A stretch of DNA of 64,000 nucleotides from Myxococcota bacterium (GTDB lineage: Bacteria > Myxococcota_A > UBA9160 > UBA4427), in contig JAYGDB010000078.1 of NCBI GenBank assembly GCA_046583095.1, positions 7,220 through 71,219 on the forward strand, given 5' to 3'. Shown here piece after piece: positions 24,043-34,160 of the stretch. Position numbers and translations under genes: made by a program. The notes under the pieces are model-generated. The model saw nothing but the letters and a program-made list of their open reading frames with translations, was not told the DNA's origin and searched no databases. How positions within the stretch are numbered: position 1 is the stretch's first letter; each line of letters starts with the position of its first letter.

Positions 24043-26889
24043 GTGAGGATTCTCGACGTGGTCCAAACGGCTGCCCTCGCCCTCACGGTTCTGACCGGCT
24101 TCACGGCCCTGGTCTATCAAGTCGCCTGGCAGAACTACCTCGCTGTGCTGCTGGGCTCTCACGCCGAAGCAACCGCCGCGGTTCTCGGGATCTTCCTGGG
24201 CGGACTCTCTCTGGGATACGCGCTGTTCGGCCGGGTGTCAGGGTGGCTCGTCTCACGCTCGGCCGAGGCGGGGCGCCGCACTCCGCTCCTCGAGGCCTAT
24301 GGCCTGGTCGAGGTGGGGATCGGGGTCTACGCCCTGGCCTTCCCCTGGGTCTTCTCCGGCGTTCAGGTGCTCTCGCTGGGGCTGCCCGGATCGGCTGAAG
24401 GCGCAACCTTCGCCATCGACGTCCTGCTGACGGTGCTGCTCATCGGTCCGCCGACCCTGCTGATGGGCGGGACGGTTCCGCTGCTCACCCAGGGCCTCTC
24501 GCGTTCTCTCGACGACGCCACGCGGCTTCACGCGTTCGTCTACGGGTTCAATACCGTGGGCGCATTCGGTGGTGCCCTCGCCGCCGGGCTGTACCTGATT
24601 CCCGAGCTGGGCCTGCGCGACTGCGTCGTCGCGATGGGGGCGGTCAACATTGGGGCCGGGATCGTCTTCATGCTTCTCGGAAGGCTGCCGAGCGCCGCCC
24701 GAACATCTGACCCTCGAGGCCAGGGCACCGCTCCCGCGCACTTCCACCGCTATGCGCTGGTCGCGGGGCTGGGCGGCTTCTCGATGATGACGCTGCAGAC
24801 CGCACTGAACCGGATCGGCGCGCTTTCCCTGGGCGCCTCGCACTTCACGTTCGCGATGGTCGTGGCGGTATTCGTTCTCAGCATCGCCCTCGGAAGCCTT
24901 GCCGTGACCGCTCTCCGCGAAATCCGCCCCAGCTACCTGGTCGCATCCCAGTGGCTGCTCGTCGTGATCTTGCTGGCCGCCTACACCTCCGTCCCCGACG
25001 CACCCTACTGGGCCTCGCGCGTGCGACTCGACTACCCGGGTGCAGCCGAGAACTTCTACCCCTTCCATCTCCGCATCTTCTGTTGGAGCCTGCTGCTGCT
25101 CGTCCTTCCCGTGAGCCTGTCGGGCGCAAGCCTGCCACTCATCTTCCATCACCTCCGACGCGAGGTCGGCGAACTCGGCACGACGGCGGGTCGTCTCTAC
25201 GCCTGGAACACCTTGGGGTCGCTGCTCGGTGCCCTGCTCGGCGGCTACCTGCTCCTCTTGTGGCTCGACCTCCACCACACCTATCGGATCGCGGTCGGAG
25301 CCCTGGCGATCGGCGCCGCACTGCTGACCCACCTCGTCCATCCCCGAACCGCGCGTTGGGCCTACGGAGCGCTCGCGGCCGTGCTCGCGCTGCTCTTCCT
25401 CGCCCCTGCGTGGCCAGCAACAAAGCTCACCAGCGGCCTGTTTCGCGGAGCTGCTGTGCGCGATAGCCGCGGGCTCGGGCCCGATGCGTTCATCGAGTGG
25501 GGTTGGGCAATCTCGCGGGGGGGGATGGAGATCGCCTTCTACGACGACGATCCGTCCAGCTCGGTCGCGGTGATTGCTCATCCGGACAGGCCGGAGAGGG
25601 GCATCGCGGTGATCAACAACGGCAAGTCGGATGGGAAGCTTCCGGGCGATGAGCTGACAATGGGACTCCTCGCTCTCGTGCCCGCGATCCTCAGCGACTC
25701 GCCCCAGCGCGCCTTCGTGATCGGATACGGAACCGGGTATACGGTGGGAATCCTTTCGCAGCTTGCAAGCGCACAGGAAGTGGTGGTCGCCGAGATCTCC
25801 TCGGGAGTCATCGAAGCCGCACCCCTCTTCGAGCCCTACAACTTCCACGCAGCGGGCAGTGCGAAGACTCGAATCATCCGCAGCGATGCGTACCGTGCGC
25901 TGCTTCGCAGCTCCGGCCGCTACGACGTGATCGTCTCCGAGCCGACGAATCCGTGGGTCGCGGGCGTCGAGATGCTTTACAGCCGCGAGTTCCTGCAAGC
26001 GGCTCGCAACCGCCTGACGCCGGGCGGAATCTACGTGCAGTGGTTCCATCTCTACGAGATGGACGACGCGACGGTCGCACTCGTCCTCAACACCTACCGA
26101 CAGGCATTCGAGCGCGTATCGGTCTGGGCGTCCACACCTAGCGACGTCATCATCGTCGGCTGGAACGACGACGAGGCCGTCCCGGATCTCGTCGCGATGG
26201 AGCGGCGCTTCGGACAGGACGACTACTCTGGCCTCTTCGCCACCCTCGGCATCGACAGCTTCCCCGAACTTCTCGCCCACGAAGTGATCCCCGCCGGCGC
26301 GCTCGCGGGAACCGAGCTCCCGCCGCGGGTCCACACGCTGCTGCATCCGATCCTGAGCCACTCCGCCGCCCAGGCCTTCTTCGCGGGTGAGACCGGGCGG
26401 CTGCCAACCACGAATCGCGGCGCGGGCGCTCGCGCCGGCGCCGAGAACTCGCTCGTCCGCCGCTACCTGGCGGGGCTCCCGGAGGGCGCGCGAGCCACGG
26501 CTCTCGAAACCATCACGAGAGAGACCTGCGACCACTACATCACCCCGTGTCTCACCTGGACGGCCCGCTGGAGGCATGACGAGCCGGATTCCCCAGCCCT
26601 CGCCCGACTCCTTTACGAGCTCCGCAGCAAGAACGCGAGCCATGCCAAGTCGTTTTCCGAGGCCAACCTCCAGCAGATCTCTCCGCTGTTCGGACCGACT
26701 GGGATCACCGGTATCCCCCTCTCCTTCGAGGCGGCGACCTGGGTGCTCGACCTCTTCGACCGCTTCTACCACCACGGAGCGCCTTTCGACTCCCGTGGGC
26801 TCTTCAACGCATGGAGACGTTGCCGAATGGACCCCCGCTGCGGGAGTGAACTCCCACGAATCCGCCAGATCGGTCTCCCAGCCGAGTAG
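24043..26889 (+). CDS. Fused polytopic membrane / spermidine-synthase-like (aminopropyl- or methyltransferase fold) protein
   Basis: 948-aa ORF with a GTG start. About 12 or more TM helices occupy the first 480 aa or so. A SpeE-like domain follows (VVAEISSGVIEAA...YDVIVSEPTNPWVAGVEMLYSREF...GGIYVQW). A C-terminal region of about 250 aa was not recognised. Confidence 0.85.
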   Translation: MRILDVVQTAALALTVLTGFTALVYQVAWQNYLAVLLGSHAEATAAVLGIFLGGLSLGYALFGRVSGWLVSRSAEAGRRTPLLEAYGLVEVGIGVYALAFPWVFSGVQVLSLGLPGSAEGATFAIDVLLTVLLIGPPTLLMGGTVPLLTQGLSRSLDDATRLHAFVYGFNTVGAFGGALAAGLYLIPELGLRDCVVAMGAVNIGAGIVFMLLGRLPSAARTSDPRGQGTAPAHFHRYALVAGLGGFSMMTLQTALNRIGALSLGASHFTFAMVVAVFVLSIALGSLAVTALREIRPSYLVASQWLLVVILLAAYTSVPDAPYWASRVRLDYPGAAENFYPFHLRIFCWSLLLLVLPVSLSGASLPLIFHHLRREVGELGTTAGRLYAWNTLGSLLGALLGGYLLLLWLDLHHTYRIAVGALAIGAALLTHLVHPRTARWAYGALAAVLALLFLAPAWPATKLTSGLFRGAAVRDSRGLGPDAFIEWGWAISRGGMEIAFYDDDPSSSVAVIAHPDRPERGIAVINNGKSDGKLPGDELTMGLLALVPAILSDSPQRAFVIGYGTGYTVGILSQLASAQEVVVAEISSGVIEAAPLFEPYNFHAAGSAKTRIIRSDAYRALLRSSGRYDVIVSEPTNPWVAGVEMLYSREFLQAARNRLTPGGIYVQWFHLYEMDDATVALVLNTYRQAFERVSVWASTPSDVIIVGWNDDEAVPDLVAMERRFGQDDYSGLFATLGIDSFPELLAHEVIPAGALAGTELPPRVHTLLHPILSHSAAQAFFAGETGRLPTTNRGAGARAGAENSLVRRYLAGLPEGARATALETITRETCDHYITPCLTWTARWRHDEPDSPALARLLYELRSKNASHAKSFSEANLQQISPLFGPTGITGIPLSFEAATWVLDLFDRFYHHGAPFDSRGLFNAWRRCRMDPRCGSELPRIRQIGLPAE

Positions 26890-26953
26890 CAGCGCCGACT
26901 CGCCGTGGGTCCTGTATGCTTTTCGAGGGGGGGGAACAGCGGGAGTCGCCAAG

Positions 26954-28999
26954 ATGAGCGCTGGAAACCGCAACCACGAGAAACCCGTTAATCGGCTGAA
27001 CGCTCTGATCGAGCGCCTGATGCCCCCGGCGAAATCCGACGCGCCGCTTCCCGTCCGACCGGAGCGCTTCGATCGGATCATGGGTGCCCTCGAGCACCTC
27101 GACCTCTGGGTCTGCGAGTTCGACAACCACGGCCGCATGGTCTACTCGAGCCCGAACGTCGAGTCCATCCTCGGCTTCTCCGTCGAGGAATGCCTCAACC
27201 AGAGCGTGGAGATGCATCCGGATGATCTCGCTTCCATCCTCGACGCCGGCCGCCAACTACGAACGACCGGAGAGCCGGTCCGAAACGTCGCCCGCACCCT
27301 GCACAAACAGGGTCATTGGCTCTGGATCGATAGCTGCATCCTGGGCTGGTATCCGATCGAGGGCGGCGACTTCCACACCATCACGCTCAACCGTGACATC
27401 ACGGATCTCAAGAACGCCGAGGCCGCCCACGAGGAGAGCGAGACTCGCCGCAACGCAATCGCTCAGGTGAGTTGGGACATGATCAGCGAGATCAATCGGG
27501 CCGGAGAACCGACCTACATGTCGCCGGGTTGCGAGGATGTGCTGGGGTACACGGCGAAAGACTTGATGGACTTCTCGGCCTGGTCACTCATCCACCCCGA
27601 CGACGAAGTGAGACTCGCCCGCGAAATCGAGGAAGAATTCGCAGCCAGCGACACGGGGCTTCGACCGGACCGGAGCATGAGTCGCACGCCGCTGGAGTGC
27701 CGACTTCGCCACCGCGACGGCCACTGGGTGTGGCTCGAGACGCTGGGGATTCCGTACACGCGGGCTGACGGCGAGGTCCGCTACGCAGCGGTCAGCCGCG
27801 ACGTCACCGAGCGACGCGCGGCCGAGGAGACGCGACGAAAGCTCGAAGAGAGTCTGCAGCGAGCCCAGAAGCTCGAGAGCCTGGGCGTGCTGGCCGGCGG
27901 GATCGCCCACGACTTCAACAACCTCCTGACGCCGATCCTCGGTGCCGCACGACTCGGGCTGGAGGATCTGCCACCCGATTCGCCGGTGCGCGAACGGCTG
28001 CACAAGATCCAGCAGGCGGCGGGGCGGGCCGCTGCGCTGACCAGCCAGATGCTCTCCTACGCGGGCCAGAGCCCACTGCGCGTGGAACGGATCGACCTGT
28101 CGGCCTTGGTCGAGGAAATGCAGGCGCTCGTCTCTTCGTCGGTGGCTGGCAAGACGACCTTCGACCTCCAGCTGCAGAGAGATCTTCCGACCATCGAGGT
28201 CGAGGCGGCGCAGATCAGCCAGGTGGTGATGAACCTCGTCACCAATGCCGCGGAGTCGCAGAGCGATGGCGCGGGGAAGGTCACCGTGCGGACCGGAGTC
28301 GTGGACCTCGACACCCCGCCGGCGGATGCCCTCTTCGCCGACACGATGGAAACGGGTCAACACGTCTATCTAGAGATCAGCGACGCCGGCGCGGGAATGG
28401 ATGAGGAGACCCGAGCTCGGATCTTCGACCCGTTCTTCACCACCAAGTTCGCGGGACGCGGCCTCGGCCTGGCGGCGGTGGCGGGAATCGTCCGGGCGCA
28501 CCGGGGCGCCATCGAAGTCGAGAGTGAAGTGGGCCGGGGCACCTGCTTCCGGGTGCTGTTGCCGACCGTTTCGGGCGAGATCCCCCAGCCGAATCTGGAG
28601 CCGACCCCGATCAAGGGCTGGAAAACGACCGGAACGGCACTGGTGATCGACGATGACGAGGGCGTGCGGGAACTCGCCGAAGACGTGCTCCGCCGGGCGG
28701 GCATGACCGTGCTCACCGCCGGCGATGGCCACGAAGGTGTCAAGCTCTTCAACCTGCACGCGGACAGGATCCGTGTCGTCCTGCTCGACCGTACGATGCC
28801 CACCCTGAGCGGCTCCGACACCTTCGATGCAATTCGGGCTACGAAGCCCGACGCGAAAATCGTGCTGGTGAGCGGCTACTCGGAGGAGCGAGTCGCCGAG
28901 GAGTTGGCGACCCGCAATCCCTCCGGGTTCCTCAAGAAGCCGTTCATGCCCGAGGCGCTACTGGCACGGGTGCGAGAGGTCCTCGAGGGGTCCGCCTGA
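26954..28999 (+). CDS. Soluble PAS-PAS hybrid sensor histidine kinase / response regulator
   Basis: The ATG at 26954 gives 681 aa with no TM segments. There are two PAS-like modules. The H-box is GGIAHDFNNLLTPILG and the ATPase G-boxes are DAGAGMD and GRGLGLAAV. The C-terminal receiver reads ALVIDDDEGVRE...VLLDRTMPTLSG...K. Confidence 0.85.
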   Translation: MSAGNRNHEKPVNRLNALIERLMPPAKSDAPLPVRPERFDRIMGALEHLDLWVCEFDNHGRMVYSSPNVESILGFSVEECLNQSVEMHPDDLASILDAGRQLRTTGEPVRNVARTLHKQGHWLWIDSCILGWYPIEGGDFHTITLNRDITDLKNAEAAHEESETRRNAIAQVSWDMISEINRAGEPTYMSPGCEDVLGYTAKDLMDFSAWSLIHPDDEVRLAREIEEEFAASDTGLRPDRSMSRTPLECRLRHRDGHWVWLETLGIPYTRADGEVRYAAVSRDVTERRAAEETRRKLEESLQRAQKLESLGVLAGGIAHDFNNLLTPILGAARLGLEDLPPDSPVRERLHKIQQAAGRAAALTSQMLSYAGQSPLRVERIDLSALVEEMQALVSSSVAGKTTFDLQLQRDLPTIEVEAAQISQVVMNLVTNAAESQSDGAGKVTVRTGVVDLDTPPADALFADTMETGQHVYLEISDAGAGMDEETRARIFDPFFTTKFAGRGLGLAAVAGIVRAHRGAIEVESEVGRGTCFRVLLPTVSGEIPQPNLEPTPIKGWKTTGTALVIDDDEGVRELAEDVLRRAGMTVLTAGDGHEGVKLFNLHADRIRVVLLDRTMPTLSGSDTFDAIRATKPDAKIVLVSGYSEERVAEELATRNPSGFLKKPFMPEALLARVREVLEGSA

Positions 29000-29016
29000 C
29001 GAACACGCTCACGAGC

Positions 29017-31308
29017 GTGTTGCGGGGCCTGGCACGGAGGCCCACCGCAAGCTGGGCCGCCGGGACGCTCTTCGTCCTGGCGATCGCGTGGCGTCGCTTC
29101 CTCGACGGCAGCCACAGCCCCTTCTCCGGCGATGTCGAGCAGTACCACTACCCGGTCAGCTTGGAACTCGCGCGCGCCTGGTCGGACGGCCGCCTGCCCC
29201 TCTGGACCGACCGGGTGTATCTCGGTTTTCCGTTCTTCGCCGATCCCCAGACCGCAGCGTGGTATCCCGGCACCCTGCTCGTCGTCGCGCTCGGTCCCCA
29301 CCTCGGGTACGTCGTCTTCCTGTTCTTCCACTCGCTGCTGGCAGCAGCGGGTGCGACCGGGCTGGCGCGCTCTCACGGCTGCGCGTGGCCGGCCGCCTGG
29401 ATGTCGGGGTTGATCGTCTCGCTCTGCGGCTACTTCGCCCACGAGATCCAGCATCCCGGTCTCTTCGCGATCCTGGCCTGGGTTCCCACCTGGCTGTGGG
29501 TGACCCATCGTGTCTTCCTGAAGCGGACGCCTGGTCGTATCGCAGTGGCCGCAGTCCCGGTTGCAATGATGATCTTCGCAGGCACGCTCCAGGTGCTGTT
29601 CGGCGCAGTGATCGTCTACGGCTTCTACGTCGCCGGCCTCGGCCTGGACGCGCGACGCGACCGAGGTGGCCCGGATGCGCTGCGGGGAGTCGCGGCCTCG
29701 CTCGCCTCCCCCCTCCTCGGTCTCTGCCTCGCTGCCGTGGTCGTAGTCCCCACCCTCGCGCACTTTCCCTACACCGCCCGGGCCCTCGGCATGACCTATG
29801 CGTTCGGCTCCATGGGATCCGTACCGCCACTGCAGCTACTGAGCACCTTCTTCGAGTCGGCGCCGGCGCTGCTCGGCGGCGCTTCCGATTTCGACGCCAC
29901 ATCCTTCTACGTCGGCGCGCTGAGTCTGCCCCTGGCAGTCGTCGCGCTCTCGGGTGTGCGTCGTGTGGTCCCCGTCGCGCTGGCGTTGTGCCTGATCGCA
30001 ATCGCGGTCGTCGCCATGGGGGAGCACGGCAGCCTCCATCCCCTGCTGTACTCGTGGATGCCGGACGCGCTGGGCGTCCTGCGCGGCATGGGTCGCGCGC
30101 TCGGCCCCGGCACGGTGTGCCTCGCGCTGTTGGCAGCCCTGGGCCTTCAGCGCCTCGGAGACCCGACCTCTCCGCTGCAGCGTCTCTTCGCGGCTCTGCT
30201 TCTCGTCGCCGCTGCAGCCCATGGCCTGGTTCTCTGGCTGGCGCCGGCGCCGCCCGGCTTCGCGAGCCTGGGTGGAACCCTCGTCCTGGCGGCGGCTTTC
30301 GGGTTGTGGATCGCGAGCCGGCGCCGCCCGCAGCTTCTCCAGCCCGGCCTCGCCGCCCTCGTGGTTCTCGACCTCCTCGCCTTCAGCCCGCTCGACGATG
30401 TCCTCCGGGAAGCACCCCCGCCGCCCAGCCACGAGCACCTCGCGGGGAGCATGCCGGTGCTCGCCGATCTCGGCGCGGGCCTCTACGGAAACCCGGACGA
30501 GCGGATGCTGCTACTCGGGTTCGGTCCCAGGAACCTGCCGCTGATGCTGGGTCCCGATGGCGTCGGCGGCTACAACCCGCTCGTCCCGCTGCGCTACCTC
30601 GATTTCGTCAACCTGGTCGAGAACCACCGCCTGTTCGACCGACGGCCGCTGAATCGCTTCGTGCACTTCGACCAACCCCAGCAACTCGGAGCCGGCCTCG
30701 TCGATGCCGCGGCGATTCGCTTCGTGATCAGCCCGGCCCCTCTCGATTTCGAAGGCCTGCACCTCCTGAAGGAATACCCCAAGCACCCCCTACGCAAGCT
30801 CAGCCCATACCTCTACGAGAACCAGAACGCGTTGCCGCGGGCCTACCTCGCCTATCGGACCCAACGCGCGACAACCAGCGAAGACCTCGAAAGACTCCTG
30901 ACATCCGGCTTCGACGGCCACTACGCGACCGTCGTCGAAGCCGAGTCGGAGCCGCTCGATGGCCCCGCCGAGATCGAAGCGGTCGAGATGATCCGCGAGC
31001 GCCCGGAGGTGCTGCGCTTCGAGGTCGCGCCCGAGCACCCCGCGATGCTCGTCGTTGCCAATGCCTGGTATCCGGGCTGGCGCGCATGGGTGGATGGAAT
31101 CGAGTCCCCGGTTCTGCGGGTGAATGGGCTCTTCCGAGGAGTTGCACTGCCAGCCGGAGCGTGGCAGGTGGAGATGCGCTTCGAGCCCTGGAGCTTCCGA
31201 GCCGGCGCATTCGTCTCCATCGCCGCCGCCGTCCTGCTCGCAGCCCTGCTCGTCGCGGGGTCGAGAGCGGCTCGCCGCGCAATGCCGCTTGACCTCGAAC
31301 ACCGATGA
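29017..31308 (+). CDS. YfhO-like polytopic membrane protein (putative envelope glycosyl/lipid-linked transferase)
   Basis: 763-aa ORF with a GTG start 17 nt after the kinase stop. The N-terminal motif is typical of the YfhO family (GDVEQYHYPVSLELARAWSDGRLPLWTDRVYLGFPFFADPQ). It has many TM helices, a C-terminal soluble domain and a final TM. Confidence 0.8.
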   Translation: MLRGLARRPTASWAAGTLFVLAIAWRRFLDGSHSPFSGDVEQYHYPVSLELARAWSDGRLPLWTDRVYLGFPFFADPQTAAWYPGTLLVVALGPHLGYVVFLFFHSLLAAAGATGLARSHGCAWPAAWMSGLIVSLCGYFAHEIQHPGLFAILAWVPTWLWVTHRVFLKRTPGRIAVAAVPVAMMIFAGTLQVLFGAVIVYGFYVAGLGLDARRDRGGPDALRGVAASLASPLLGLCLAAVVVVPTLAHFPYTARALGMTYAFGSMGSVPPLQLLSTFFESAPALLGGASDFDATSFYVGALSLPLAVVALSGVRRVVPVALALCLIAIAVVAMGEHGSLHPLLYSWMPDALGVLRGMGRALGPGTVCLALLAALGLQRLGDPTSPLQRLFAALLLVAAAAHGLVLWLAPAPPGFASLGGTLVLAAAFGLWIASRRRPQLLQPGLAALVVLDLLAFSPLDDVLREAPPPPSHEHLAGSMPVLADLGAGLYGNPDERMLLLGFGPRNLPLMLGPDGVGGYNPLVPLRYLDFVNLVENHRLFDRRPLNRFVHFDQPQQLGAGLVDAAAIRFVISPAPLDFEGLHLLKEYPKHPLRKLSPYLYENQNALPRAYLAYRTQRATTSEDLERLLTSGFDGHYATVVEAESEPLDGPAEIEAVEMIRERPEVLRFEVAPEHPAMLVVANAWYPGWRAWVDGIESPVLRVNGLFRGVALPAGAWQVEMRFEPWSFRAGAFVSIAAAVLLAALLVAGSRAARRAMPLDLEHR

Positions 31309-31357
31309 AGTGGTAGCATCGACGTTGACTCCGCAACCCACAACGAGGAGCAATCCC

Positions 31358-32116
31358 ATGCCCGGTCCCCAGATCAACCCCGGCGACATCATCAACTGGC
31401 CGATCCTCAAGATCCTCTATCGCAGCGACAAGGATCGGGTCGCAGCGCTACTGCCGCCGGGCATCGAGCCGGGCGACGAGCCGAACGTCCACCTCAACAT
31501 CTACTGCGTGCCGGTTCCGGACGAACCCGAGTACGGCGTGCTGATCAGTGTCGATGCCGACTACAAGGGACAGAAGGGCATGTACACCCTCGGGCTCGGA
31601 ATCGACCAGGAGGCCGCGATCTTCATCAGCCGGGACATGAACGGCCAGCCCAAGTTCCCGGCCGAGATCGCCTACTACCGGATGCTCGACCAGGTGACTG
31701 CGCGCTGCAGCCACCAGGGTTACACGTTCCTCGAGTTCAAGGGCAAGGTGAAGGGCCCGGTCGAAATCCCGGCCGAGTACACGGAAGACGAGTGGTGGAT
31801 CAAGGTATCCCGAGCCGTCGGCGGCGCCGAGAAGAGCTACGACTTCCCGCCCCATGTCGTGAAGGTGCACAGCACCTACGGGACCCAGCACCTCGAAGAA
31901 CTCGAAGGCACTCTCAGCCTGGCGGCGAGTCCCTGGGACCCGATCGCCGAGTTGTTGCCGCTGCGCGAGCAGATCTCTGCGCACCTCGATACGCCGAGCT
32001 TCTTGGGGCGCGATATCACCCTCGAAGGCCCCCTCGATCCCGAAGCCTTCTGGCCGTTCGTCGACACGATCGGCGGATCCCGCTGGCCGGGCACGATGGG
32101 AGGCCCGAAGCGCTAA
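31358..32116 (+). CDS. Acetoacetate decarboxylase (ADC) family protein
   Basis: The ATG at 31358 is preceded by GAGGAG and gives 252 aa. The overall pattern is ADC-family-like ([24 protein letters not shown]...). This is a family-level call only. Confidence 0.7.
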   Translation: MPGPQINPGDIINWPILKILYRSDKDRVAALLPPGIEPGDEPNVHLNIYCVPVPDEPEYGVLISVDADYKGQKGMYTLGLGIDQEAAIFISRDMNGQPKFPAEIAYYRMLDQVTARCSHQGYTFLEFKGKVKGPVEIPAEYTEDEWWIKVSRAVGGAEKSYDFPPHVVKVHSTYGTQHLEELEGTLSLAASPWDPIAELLPLREQISAHLDTPSFLGRDITLEGPLDPEAFWPFVDTIGGSRWPGTMGGPKR

Positions 32117-33444
32117 CGCGAGCGCTCGATCCCGTCTCGAACCCGGTTCTCCAGCTGCTCCTGGCGGCCGGAGACCGGCTCGGGGCTCGTCGTCGATTCG
32201 CGCGTGCGCTGCCAAAGGTCGGTGAGACTCTGCTTGCCGTCGAGGATGTCGCGACCGAGGGCGTCGGCCCAACCGGCGTAGCGCTCCTCCACCGCGCGCA
32301 CGAGAAGCCCCTCCTCGAGGATGTGCGAAGCAGCGACCAGTGAGCGTGCCAGGGTGTCCATGCCGCCGATGTGGGCGTGGAACAGGTCATCGGGATCGAT
32401 CGACTGGCGCCGGAGCTTGGCATCGAAGTTGAAACCGCCGGTCCCCAGACCTCCGGCCTTCAGGATCTCGTAGAGGGCGAGGCTCATCTCGAGGACGTCG
32501 TTCGGGAACTGGTCGGTGTCCCAGCCGTTCTGGGGGTCGCCCCGGTTCGCGTCGACGCTGCCGAAGATTCCGTTCGCGATCGCGAAGGCGATCTCGTGCT
32601 GGAAGCTGTGTCCCGCCAGCGTGGCGTGGTTGACCTCGATGTTGACCTTGATCTCGTTCTCGAGGCCGAAGGCCTCGAGAAACGCCAGGACGTGGGCGAC
32701 GTCGTGGTCGTACTGGTGCTTGGTGGGCTCGTGCGGCTTGGGCTCGATCAGGATCGTGCCCTCGAATCCAATCCGGTGCTTGTGCTCGACGACCAGCCGC
32801 ATGAAGCGGCCGAGTTGCTGACTCTCGCGAGCGAGATCCGTGTTGAGGAGCGTCTCGTAACCTTCGCGCCCTCCCCACAGCACGTAGTTGGCGCCGCCGA
32901 GACGCTGGGTCGCCTCCAGCACGTGCTTCACCTGGGCGGCCGCGTACGCGAACACCTCCGGGTCGGGATTCGTCGCCGCACCCGCCGCGTAGCGGGGATG
33001 GCCGAAGAGGTTCGCAGTGCCCCACAACAGGCGAACACCGGTCGACTCCATCCGAGCGGCGATGCGGTCGACGATGCGGTCGAGGTTGTCGCAGCTCTCC
33101 CGGAAGGACGCGCCCTCGGGTGCCACGTCCAGGTCGTGGAAGCAGAAGAAGGGGACACCGAGCTTCGAGAAGAACTCGAAGGCGACGTCGGTCTTGTGCT
33201 CCGCCTGGGCGAGGGCTTCTCCATCGGTCGCGAGCCAGGGTCGATCGAAGCTGCCGTCCCCAAAGACGTCGCTGCCGGGCCAACAGAAGCTGTGCCAGTA
33301 GCAGACCGCCACGCGAAGGTGATCCTGCATCCGTTTACCGAGAACGAGTCGATCCGGGTCGTAGTACCGGAAGGCCAGGTCGTTCTCCGAGTCGGGTCCC
33401 TCGTAGGGGATCCGCTCGATGTCGGAAAAGAAAGGCTCGGACAT
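32113..33444 (-). CDS. xylA: Xylose isomerase
   Basis: 443-aa ORF with class II XylA hallmarks: [45 protein letters not shown] and [17 protein letters not shown]. Its stop codon overlaps the ADC stop (CTAA at 32113-32116). Confidence 0.95.
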   Translation of the reverse strand: MSEPFFSDIERIPYEGPDSENDLAFRYYDPDRLVLGKRMQDHLRVAVCYWHSFCWPGSDVFGDGSFDRPWLATDGEALAQAEHKTDVAFEFFSKLGVPFFCFHDLDVAPEGASFRESCDNLDRIVDRIAARMESTGVRLLWGTANLFGHPRYAAGAATNPDPEVFAYAAAQVKHVLEATQRLGGANYVLWGGREGYETLLNTDLARESQQLGRFMRLVVEHKHRIGFEGTILIEPKPHEPTKHQYDHDVAHVLAFLEAFGLENEIKVNIEVNHATLAGHSFQHEIAFAIANGIFGSVDANRGDPQNGWDTDQFPNDVLEMSLALYEILKAGGLGTGGFNFDAKLRRQSIDPDDLFHAHIGGMDTLARSLVAASHILEEGLLVRAVEERYAGWADALGRDILDGKQSLTDLWQRTRESTTSPEPVSGRQEQLENRVRDGIERSR

Positions 33445-33515
33445 GACTCAGATCTCCTCGCTGCTGGAGGTTCTCGGTGACGGAGCGTCGGCGTCGAGGC
33501 AGATCCCAGCGGGCA

Positions 33516-34052
33516 TCAGGAGCGCGCCTCGCAGTCGAGCAGCACGCGGTGGGGAAGCCAGTTCCGCGTCACGGGGACGCTGCGCGGCGAACAGCCGGGA
33601 GCCTGGATCAGGAGCCTCGGCGAGGGAGCCTGCGGGCTTTCCGGCTCCGCACACCTCTCCGGGCGCTGCTCTTCGAACGGCGTGAGGAAGCGGAAGCCAC
33701 CGGCGCCAGAGACCTCGACCCGTTGGGGAGGCGCATACCGGTGCTCGCCAACCATCTTGGCGTCGGGGAGCGCTACGAAGCCTGTCCGCCCGAGATAACC
33801 GACCGTCCCCTCGATGCTCACGAGGATCTGCTCCGCCTTCCACACCTCGCAGGGATCGACGAACTCGGTCTGCTCCAGGGGGAAGATGCGCATCATCCTC
33901 TCGAGAATCCAGGATCCATCGATCAGCTGGATCATCGTGACGAAGAGACCCGCCGTGACGATCGTGCCCAGGGTCGCTGCGAGCGCCCAGCGCACGACGC
34001 CGTAAGAGAGGAGCGATCGCCTTCGCGAGGGGGGACCGGTCGGGCCGTGCAT
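33516..34052 (-). CDS. Hypothetical membrane-anchored protein
   Basis: This is the lower 178 codons of a 362-aa track ORF, starting at MHGPTGPPSRRRSLLSYGVVRWALAATLGTIVTAGLFVTMIQLI (one TM). The upper part overlaps the well-supported phosphotransferase gene on the opposite strand. No family was recognised. Confidence 0.4.
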   Translation of the reverse strand: MHGPTGPPSRRRSLLSYGVVRWALAATLGTIVTAGLFVTMIQLIDGSWILERMMRIFPLEQTEFVDPCEVWKAEQILVSIEGTVGYLGRTGFVALPDAKMVGEHRYAPPQRVEVSGAGGFRFLTPFEEQRPERCAEPESPQAPSPRLLIQAPGCSPRSVPVTRNWLPHRVLLDCEARS

Positions 34053-34160
34053 GCAGCGACTATAGTGAAGCTCGTTGGACACTATCTCGTGTCGAGTCAG
34101 CGAGCGTGTCCTCCGCGGTCCAGCCCAGCAGACGGCTGCACGGCAGGTTAGACTCGACGA

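Noticed and set aside
24253-27138. 961-aa minus-strand ORF
   Set aside because: It is entirely antisense to the well-supported SpeE-like membrane protein and the start of the kinase gene. Its composition is Arg/Gly/Pro/Glu-rich with no motifs. This is a typical high-GC shadow ORF.
29088-31292. 734-aa alternate-frame ORF on the plus strand
   Set aside because: It is on the same strand as the YfhO-like gene but in another frame. The translation is extremely Arg/Pro-rich, whereas the YfhO frame gives coherent TM helices.
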